Positions 16,568 through 22,081 of a stretch of DNA of 40,710 bases are shown here, piece by piece. Numbering within the stretch: the first letter of the stretch is position 1; every line of letters starts with the position of its first letter. The stretch spans positions 1 to 40,710 of the forward strand of contig CAZUFS010000001.1 in the NCBI GenBank assembly GCA_964619795.1, given 5' to 3'. The DNA is from Candidatus Woesearchaeota archaeon (GTDB lineage Archaea > Nanobdellota > Nanobdellia > UBA10117 > ARS21). The notes beneath the pieces were generated by a model. That model worked only from the letters and a program-made list of their open reading frames with translations. It did no database searches and was not told where the DNA came from. A program made the translations under genes and the position numbers.

Positions 16568-17527
16568 TTATATTGCTCTCTTGTCTCGTCTTAATTCAAA
16601 AATTAATGGATTTATTCCTAATCGATCGCGTATCGTTCCATATACCATCTTGAACTCAACGTCAGTTAATTTTGCACGGGCGTCTGCTTCAATCAGAACA
16701 GATGGATAAGAATAATCGCGCGTTATTCGAGAATAAGTATACATAATTGACGTAACTCGCTCGACATTATTTCCAAAAAAGTCAACACGTAGTGGTTTAT
16801 CGTACTTTCCTACCCTCAAGTAAGTTGTATTAATCTTAGTCGAATATTCTCCTAATTCTGACAATGAGGGCAAATCAATATTGTCTGAATATCTCTTTGG
16901 AACGACATATTCTCCTTCGTTCAAAACATGATAGAGAACATTTGCATCATTCATAAAATCATTATCTACGAATCTTCGCCCATTACTATCTTCTACTGCT
17001 CCAATCAATTGCGCATTATTTTCTAAGCATTTTTTGTAGAGTTCTCTTATTTTTTGCGAAACTTCCAAAAACAACGCATGATACTTTGAATCTCGGTTCG
17101 GGACACTTGAAGGGTGTATTACTATAGATCCATCTAAAATCAAAACATTTGGTTTAAATTTGTCAATTGCGCCGATTGCATTATTTATTTCCATTTCAAC
17201 TCGCTTTAGATTCGAAAATATTGAGAATTCTGAATGGTCTACTGATTCAAAAATTATTTCTGGTTCGACTCGTCGCTGCGGAAAAAATTCAGCTTTAATC
17301 AGTTTTGTTCCATCATATTCAAAACAGGTTGCAACTGCGCGCCTAATTATTAATGCGGAAGAAGAAACTTGGCGTGAAACGAACCCTCCGTCTACTCCGC
17401 ATACTTTTATCTTTCCTTCAAATAAGCTTGATTTTCTAATTTCGTTCTCGGTTTTGAATTTTTTTGAGAAATCTAATATTCTGGAGCTATCGTTCTTCAA
17501 TTTTGATATAATTGGGTCAATATTCAT
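16568..17527 (-). CDS. nurA: NurA 5'-3' nuclease
   Basis: VCGVDGG catalytic Asp motif near the N-terminus and LILDGS later. 319 aa. Clustered with herA. Confidence 0.8.
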   Translation of the reverse strand: MNIDPIISKLKNDSSRILDFSKKFKTENEIRKSSLFEGKIKVCGVDGGFVSRQVSSSALIIRRAVATCFEYDGTKLIKAEFFPQRRVEPEIIFESVDHSEFSIFSNLKRVEMEINNAIGAIDKFKPNVLILDGSIVIHPSSVPNRDSKYHALFLEVSQKIRELYKKCLENNAQLIGAVEDSNGRRFVDNDFMNDANVLYHVLNEGEYVVPKRYSDNIDLPSLSELGEYSTKINTTYLRVGKYDKPLRVDFFGNNVERVTSIMYTYSRITRDYSYPSVLIEADARAKLTDVEFKMVYGTIRDRLGINPLIFELRRDKRAI

Positions 17528-17562
17528 ACTAGTTTTTTATAACTCAATTAAAAAATATATAT

Positions 17563-17772
17563 TCAGTTGAACATAGCTTCATAAATTCCCTGAGATAAAC
17601 TTATCAAACCTTTTGTGGTATATATTGCTAAATCTGAGACTGGACCAACTGATGCCGATGCGGCTCCAGCAAGGCCTTTTGATTGGTCAGGGAAGAAAAT
17701 TAATCCTAAAATAATAACAAACAAAATAATAACTAGGTGCTCATGAATCTTCTGAGTAAACCAAAACCACAT
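17563..17772 (-). CDS. small membrane protein (69 aa)
   Basis: One strong transmembrane segment. Shares the exact peptides KIHEHL and IYTT with the 81-aa ORF at 20409. Confidence 0.45.
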   Translation of the reverse strand: MWFWFTQKIHEHLVIILFVIILGLIFFPDQSKGLAGAASASVGPVSDLAIYTTKGLISLSQGIYEAMFN

Positions 17773-17783
17773 ACAATCAAATT

Positions 17784-17801
17784 GTTTTTAAATTATTTAT
17801 A
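17784..17801 (+). promoter_or_regulatory. TATA-like region upstream of metG
   Basis: GTTTTTAAATTATTTATA. A GAGGT Shine-Dalgarno-like pentamer at 17817-17821 follows. Confidence 0.35.
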
Positions 17802-17828
17802 GCTTTTTATACTAGCGAGGTAAATAAA

Positions 17829-19319
17829 ATCAAATACTATTTAACAACGGCAATCGACTATCCAAATGCAGATCCGCACCTTGGACATGCGTATGAAAAG
17901 ATTCTGGCGGATTTTATCGCGAGATATCAAAAACAGAAAGGAAACGATGTTTTTTATCAAACCGGTACAGATGAACACGGTATCAAAATCTATCAGACTG
18001 CTAAAAATGTAAGTTTAACTCCGAAAAAACTTGTTGATCAGAATTCAAAAAAATTCAAAGAGTTCTATAATCTCCTAAATATTGAATACGACTATTTTAT
18101 ACGAACAACTGACAAAAAGGTTCATTGGCCGGGTGTTCAAAAACTTTGGAAAGAATTAGTTAAATCGGGAGATTTATTTAAAAAAAAATATCGGGCAAAA
18201 TATTGTGTTGGTTGTGAAACCTTCAAAACTGAAAGTGAATTAGAAAAGGGAGATTGTCCGTTCCATCCTGGAAAAAAACTAGAACTTATTGAAGAAGAAA
18301 ACTATTTCTTCAAACTTTCAAAATATCGAAATCGTCTAATCAAATTAATCAAATCTGATAAATACCAAATTCAGCCCAAACGCGCAAAGAATGAAATTTT
18401 GTCTTTCCTAAAAGGAGATGTTGATGATATCAGTTTCTCTCGAGTTAAAAGTAAACTTCCTTGGGGAATTCCTGTTCCGAAAGATTCCGATCAAGTCATG
18501 TACGTATGGGCAGATGCATTATCTAATTACATCACTGGAATTGGTTACGGTTCCAACTCTCGAAAATTTCAAAAATACTGGCCAGCAAATGTTCATTTAA
18601 TTGGTAAAGATATATCGCGGTTCCACGCAGTTTATTGGCCAGCAATGTTGATTTCTGCAAAAATTCCCGTACCGAAGAAACTCTTGGTCCACGGTTTCAT
18701 AAATGATGAAAAAGGTAGAAAGATGTCTAAATCCTTAGGTAATGTAATTGTTCCTCAAGAACAAGCAAAAAAATATGGGACTCCCTCACTTAGATATTAC
18801 TTGCTCCGAGCTCTGCCATCAAATAAAGATGGAAATTATTCGGAAGAAGATTTAATCACGAGACATAATGCTGAACTTGCAAATAATTTAGGAAACCTAC
18901 TATCTCGATCTCTAAATCTTATTCAAAAATCTGGTGGAAAAGTTCCTTCGGGAAAATTTGATTCCAAACTTTCAAAAGCACACTCAAAGACTCTGGCTGC
19001 ACTAAACAAACACATTGAAAATTTTGATTTTCACCGCGGAGTTGCAGAAATTTGGTCTTTCATTTCAAAAGTTAACCGATATGTTGATGATAAAAAACCT
19101 TGGACTCTATCTGGAAAAGAAAGGGATAATGTTCTTTATACTTTGGCAGAGAGTCTTAAATTAATTTCGGGATTAATTTATCCAGTAATTCCTTCTAAGT
19201 CTGAAGAAATTGCAAAACAAATTGGATTAAAATCGGTTCCAAAATTAAAATCTTTACCAATTAAATCTGGAACAAAAATTAAAAAAGGGGCGCACTTATT
19301 TACAAAATATGAAAAGTGA
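17829..19319 (+). CDS. metG: methionyl-tRNA synthetase (catalytic core), apparently starting at a non-canonical ATC
   Basis: Frame is open from the stop at 17757-17759. My translation is ..IKYYLTTAIDYPNADPHLGHAYE (HIGH motif), then the CVGCETF..CPFH knuckle and KMSKS (GRKMSKSLGN). The ORF track reports only the C-terminal 306 aa from the TTG at 18399. Confidence 0.75.
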   Translation: MKYYLTTAIDYPNADPHLGHAYEKILADFIARYQKQKGNDVFYQTGTDEHGIKIYQTAKNVSLTPKKLVDQNSKKFKEFYNLLNIEYDYFIRTTDKKVHWPGVQKLWKELVKSGDLFKKKYRAKYCVGCETFKTESELEKGDCPFHPGKKLELIEEENYFFKLSKYRNRLIKLIKSDKYQIQPKRAKNEILSFLKGDVDDISFSRVKSKLPWGIPVPKDSDQVMYVWADALSNYITGIGYGSNSRKFQKYWPANVHLIGKDISRFHAVYWPAMLISAKIPVPKKLLVHGFINDEKGRKMSKSLGNVIVPQEQAKKYGTPSLRYYLLRALPSNKDGNYSEEDLITRHNAELANNLGNLLSRSLNLIQKSGGKVPSGKFDSKLSKAHSKTLAALNKHIENFDFHRGVAEIWSFISKVNRYVDDKKPWTLSGKERDNVLYTLAESLKLISGLIYPVIPSKSEEIAKQIGLKSVPKLKSLPIKSGTKIKKGAHLFTKYEK

Positions 19320-19638
19320 AATTAAATTTGATGATTTTGTCAAACTCGACCTAAAGGTTGGTAAAATAACTAAAGTTGAAGATATTAAGGGTGCCAATAA
19401 ACTCTATAAATTTCAAGTAAATTTTGGAAAATTCAACCGTCAAATCCTTTCGGGAATTAAAGAATACTATTCTAAATCTGACTTAAAGGGAAATCAGGCA
19501 ATTTTCATTGTAAATCTTCCTCCTCGAAAAATACGCGGCGAGGTTTCAGAAGGAATGATTCTATGTGCTGACGACGGTAAAAATGTTATTTTCATCACTC
19601 CTGAAACTAAAATCAAAAACGGCTCAGAAGTTCATTAA
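19309..19638 (+). CDS. stand-alone Trbp111/EMAPII/CsaA-type tRNA-binding domain protein
   Basis: FDDFVKLDLKVGKI..ANKLYKFQVNFG..RQILSGIKEYY..IVNLPPRKIRGEVSEGMIL. This domain is normally the C-terminal appendix of MetRS. The ORF overlaps the metG end by 11 nt in the +1 frame. Confidence 0.8.
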   Translation: MKSEIKFDDFVKLDLKVGKITKVEDIKGANKLYKFQVNFGKFNRQILSGIKEYYSKSDLKGNQAIFIVNLPPRKIRGEVSEGMILCADDGKNVIFITPETKIKNGSEVH

Positions 19639-19800
19639 TTATTCTAGAGGTTTGTCGTCAGTTACAACGACTACGTTCTTTTCTGGCCAATCTTTTTTTA
19701 TTAATCTAACGCAATTCTTGCAAACACCCATATGATATCCTTTTGTAGATACTTTCATTTGCTTGTTGCAGAGCATACAATCGAAATTGGTTTTAGCCAT
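19639..19800 (-). CDS. small zinc-ribbon protein (53 aa), not in the ORF track
   Basis: My translation is MAKTNFDCMLCNKQMKVSTKGYHMGVCKNCVRLIKKDWPEKNVVVVTDDKPLE, with two CxxC pairs. It exactly fills the gap. Confidence 0.45.
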   Translation of the reverse strand: MAKTNFDCMLCNKQMKVSTKGYHMGVCKNCVRLIKKDWPEKNVVVVTDDKPLE

Positions 19801-19835
19801 ATAGAAATTTATTTTAGTACTTTATAATATTTTAG

Positions 19836-20117
19836 TCACTCGGAATAATATCTTTTGTATCCACCTTGAAGGCTTTTTGCTTTATACCCTTTTGATTGTA
19901 AAAAGAGTGCAGAATATAAACTTCTACTTCCGCCACCGCAATAAACTATAATTTCTTTATCTTTTGGAAGCTCTTCATATCTTTGCTCTAATTCTGCAGT
20001 TGGAATATGTACATCCTTTTCAACATGGCCTCCATCTCTCTCGTTCTTTCGTCGGACATCTAAATAGATTCCTTTGCTTTTTCTTGCGTCTTCCTGAGAA
20101 ATTTCAAGTAATTCCAT
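19836..20117 (-). CDS. single-domain rhodanese-like sulfurtransferase
   Basis: Active-site loop is YCGGGSRS (Cys followed by Arg). 93 aa. Confidence 0.7.
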   Translation of the reverse strand: MELLEISQEDARKSKGIYLDVRRKNERDGGHVEKDVHIPTAELEQRYEELPKDKEIIVYCGGGSRSLYSALFLQSKGYKAKSLQGGYKRYYSE

Positions 20118-20124
20118 CTTATGA

Positions 20125-20197
20125 TGCGGGTGCCGGGATTTGAACCCGGGTCGCTACGTTGGCAACGTAGAGTGATACCAGACTACACTACACCCGC
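20125..20197 (-). tRNA. tRNA-Gly (GCC)
   Basis: Reverse complement folds with acceptor GCGGGTG/CACCCGC, anticodon arm CTACG-TTGCCAA-CGTAG and T arm CCGGG-TTCAAAT-CCCGG. Confidence 0.9.
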
Positions 20198-20210
20198 TTT
20201 TCTTTTTGCC

Positions 20211-20229
20211 TCGTTTTTTCTAAAAACGA
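20211..20229 (-). terminator. hairpin with T-run in the tRNA-Pro / tRNA-Gly spacer
   Basis: TCGTTTTT-tct-AAAAACGA. The minus-strand RNA carries a UCGUUUUU trailer motif 2 nt after the tRNA-Pro 3' end. Confidence 0.3.
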
Positions 20230-20231
20230 TA

Positions 20232-20304
20232 TGGGGCCGCGCAGATTTGAACTGCGGTCGGCCGGTCCCAAACCAGCAAGGATACCAAGCTACCCCACGG
20301 CCCC
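20232..20304 (-). tRNA. tRNA-Pro (TGG)
   Basis: Acceptor GGGGCCG/CGGCCCC, anticodon arm GCTGG-TTTGGGA-CCGGC and T arm CGCAG-TTCAAAT-CTGCG. Confidence 0.85.
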
Positions 20305-20326
20305 ATTGTGTTTTCTCCTGAATTTC

Positions 20327-20338
20327 TTATTAAAAAGG
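20327..20338 (-). promoter_or_regulatory. TATA-like element for the tRNA-Pro/tRNA-Gly(/rhodanese) unit
   Basis: Minus-strand CCTTTTTAATAA is centred about 29 nt upstream of the tRNA-Pro 5' end. Confidence 0.45.
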
Positions 20339-20377
20339 TTTCGACATCTACCGTAATCACTCTCCAATAGTTAAACA

Positions 20378-20388
20378 ATCTTATAAAC
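20378..20388 (+). promoter_or_regulatory. TATA-like element for the 81-aa membrane ORF
   Basis: ATCTTATAAAC is centred 26 nt upstream of the ATG at 20409. Confidence 0.4.
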
Positions 20389-20408
20389 AAGGAAAACATA
20401 GTAACGGT

Positions 20409-20654
20409 ATGGTTAGACACAACATGAAAATCCACGAACATCTTGGATTGTTCTTTATCTTTGCAGGAATTAGTTGGATTGGATTGGGAATTTATACTAC
20501 TATGCTTAATGCAAATAAAATTTTGATCCCTGGCGCACAGTTGATGACTGGAATGGATTTATTTTTGATTCCATTCTTTTACGGATTAGGCGCAGTTGTG
20601 ACATACTTAGGAATTATTGAATTGAGAGAGGTACTACCTGGTAAAAACCGATAA
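20409..20654 (+). CDS. small membrane protein (81 aa)
   Basis: Two or three hydrophobic segments. Shares KIHEHL and IYTT with the ORF at 17563-17772, encoded by different codons. Confidence 0.5.
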   Translation: MVRHNMKIHEHLGLFFIFAGISWIGLGIYTTMLNANKILIPGAQLMTGMDLFLIPFFYGLGAVVTYLGIIELREVLPGKNR

Positions 20655-20761
20655 TGGCAAAATTATCTCGAGAAGAAGTTGAATACGGAATTAAGGAATT
20701 CGTTCAAGGTTTATTGATTGGATTATTAATTGGATTCCTTCTTGCAAGTCAAATTTTATAA
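20654..20761 (+). CDS. small tail-anchored-like membrane protein (35 aa), not in the ORF track
   Basis: TAATG overlap with the preceding ORF. My translation is MAKLSREEVEYGIKEFVQGLLIGLLIGFLLASQIL. Confidence 0.35.
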   Translation: MAKLSREEVEYGIKEFVQGLLIGLLIGFLLASQIL

Positions 20762-20776
20762 TTCAGTTTTAGATAA

Positions 20777-20787
20777 CTTTTTAAATA
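20777..20787 (+). promoter_or_regulatory. TATA-like element for tRNA-Lys
   Basis: CTTTTTAAATA is centred about 30 nt upstream of the tRNA 5' end. Confidence 0.45.
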
Positions 20788-20811
20788 AAATAATCAGAAA
20801 TATCTACACGC

Positions 20812-20886
20812 GGGCCTGTAGCTCAGTCTGGCTAGAGCGACTGGCTCTTAACCAGTAGGTCGCGGGTTCAAATCCTGTCAGGCCCG
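20812..20886 (+). tRNA. tRNA-Lys (CTT)
   Basis: Acceptor GGGCCTG/CAGGCCC, anticodon arm ACTGG-CTCTTAA-CCAGT and T loop TTCAAAT. Confidence 0.9.
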
Positions 20887-20921
20887 TAAATATTTTTAAT
20901 CTATTTTTGAAATAATAACTT

Positions 20922-21527
20922 ATGTTCAAACTTTTTTCTCGAAAAGATAAATTTTGTTTATCGCTAATCCAAAAATTTCTCACAAAAAAAGAATATCGGC
21001 GAGTTTATTGGATGTTTCGACGAGATAAAATTTCGATAGAATTAAAGTCCTTCGGGCGGTCTTTTTTGATAACTGACTCAGATATTATGCCTAAAATCGT
21101 ATCCAAAGATGAGGAAATTTTGAAGTTAAACCGAGAAATAAGGAAAAACTTTCAAAAATACGTCATTAATGAGTTTTCTAAGCGAGCAATGAAAGTTCTG
21201 CCTGAATATATCGGTCCGACTATCCCTGCTCCGAAAAATGTTAAATTAAAAATTGCCGAGGCGCTTCTGACTGGAAAATCTCTATTGATTGTAGATGAGA
21301 CTGGATATGCTCACCGACTAAAATCTTCTGCAGAAAAACTTGGAGAAGTAAATATCTCAATTACTAAAGACCTTAAAGAAGGATTCGATTTGGTTGTGAT
21401 GACTCAGAAAGAAGAGTTGGGAAAATATAGAGAACTTGCTCATAAGAACAGCATTCATGTTAAAATCAAAGACTCCGATATAAAATTTCTGAGAAGCTTT
21501 TTGAGAAAATATCGTTCTTCTTCCTGA
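20922..21527 (+). CDS. hypothetical protein (201 aa)
   Basis: ORF fills the space between tRNA-Lys and tRNA-Thr. No confident motif. Confidence 0.5.
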   Translation: MFKLFSRKDKFCLSLIQKFLTKKEYRRVYWMFRRDKISIELKSFGRSFLITDSDIMPKIVSKDEEILKLNREIRKNFQKYVINEFSKRAMKVLPEYIGPTIPAPKNVKLKIAEALLTGKSLLIVDETGYAHRLKSSAEKLGEVNISITKDLKEGFDLVVMTQKEELGKYRELAHKNSIHVKIKDSDIKFLRSFLRKYRSSS

Positions 21528-21544
21528 GGAAGTCGTCCGAAACG

Positions 21545-21555
21545 CTTAAAAAGTA
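21545..21555 (+). promoter_or_regulatory. TATA-like element for tRNA-Thr
   Basis: CTTAAAAAGTA is centred 26 nt upstream of the tRNA 5' end. Confidence 0.4.
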
Positions 21556-21575
21556 AAATTAGAACTGAAAATCAC

Positions 21576-21650
21576 GCATCCATAGCTCAGTTCGGTCAGA
21601 GCACCTGCCTTGTAAGCAGGGGGTCGTGGGTTCAAATCCCCCTGGGTGCA
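21576..21650 (+). tRNA. tRNA-Thr (TGT)
   Basis: Acceptor GCATCCA/TGGGTGC, anticodon arm CCTGC-CTTGTAA-GCAGG and T loop TTCAAAT. There is one U-C mismatch in the T stem. Confidence 0.85.
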
Positions 21651-21651
21651 T

Positions 21652-21846
21652 TTATTTTTTCTTTTGAATTTTATTAAGTAACTCAGATAATTTAGTTATC
21701 CCTAATCTGACGCCATCATACTCTTTTTTCAAAGCCATATTACGAACCATCTCTGAGACTACAATTAATTCTTCTTCGTCATCAGACCTATCTGATTTTC
21801 CGACCAACCCTAAGGCTCGTCGTCTTGCTTTAATTCTAAAACTCAT
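21652..21846 (-). CDS. hypothetical small protein (64 aa, basic N-terminus, acidic patch)
   Basis: ORF only. Its stop codon lies 1 nt from the tRNA-Thr 3' end, in convergent orientation. Confidence 0.35.
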   Translation of the reverse strand: MSFRIKARRRALGLVGKSDRSDDEEELIVVSEMVRNMALKKEYDGVRLGITKLSELLNKIQKKK

Positions 21847-21880
21847 AAATGTTAAATACCGTAAACATATATTAACTTTT

Positions 21881-22081
21881 ATGAAACGAGTAATTGGTTT
21901 GGGTGCAATTGGCGGATTTATTTTTGGTATCTTGGCTTTTATTTTTGGTATTACTCTTTTTGGAATGATCTTACTTTTGGGGTCAATTTTGATTATTGTC
22001 GGATTAATTCTTTATTATATTCGGGCAATTCCGATAAAGATTTTTGATGAAATTCGAAAAAAGTTGAAGCGTTCTAAATAA
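21881..22081 (+). CDS. small membrane protein (66 aa, two transmembrane segments, basic tail)
   Basis: Gly/Ile/Leu-rich hydrophobic core followed by KKLKRSK. Confidence 0.4.
   Translation: MKRVIGLGAIGGFIFGILAFIFGITLFGMILLLGSILIIVGLILYYIRAIPIKIFDEIRKKLKRSK

Noticed and set aside
14621-17527. HerA-like ATPase plus NurA-like nuclease as a possible anti-phage defence pair
   Set aside because: They sit next to canonical mre11 and rad50 and have sizes and motifs typical of the housekeeping archaeal end-resection machinery. No Sir2, DUF4297, HEPN or other defence-type partner is present.
17760-19319. MetRS as a pseudogene or internally frameshifted gene
   Set aside because: The full-length frame has no internal stop over about 497 codons and retains the HIGH, zinc-knuckle and KMSKS motifs. 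Only the start codon is anomalous.
20121-20441. ORF-track entries 20121-20321 (+) and 20220-20441 (-)
   Set aside because: They overlap tRNA-Gly and tRNA-Pro and their GC-rich sequence. They are artefacts of translating tRNA genes. The same applies to 24274-24456 over tRNA-Ala.
20922-21527. Resemblance of ..KIAEALLTGKSLLIVDETGYAHRL.. to the MCM/AAA+ Walker region
   Set aside because: The spacing and residues do not match a Walker A or MCM signature. It is too weak to report as homology.
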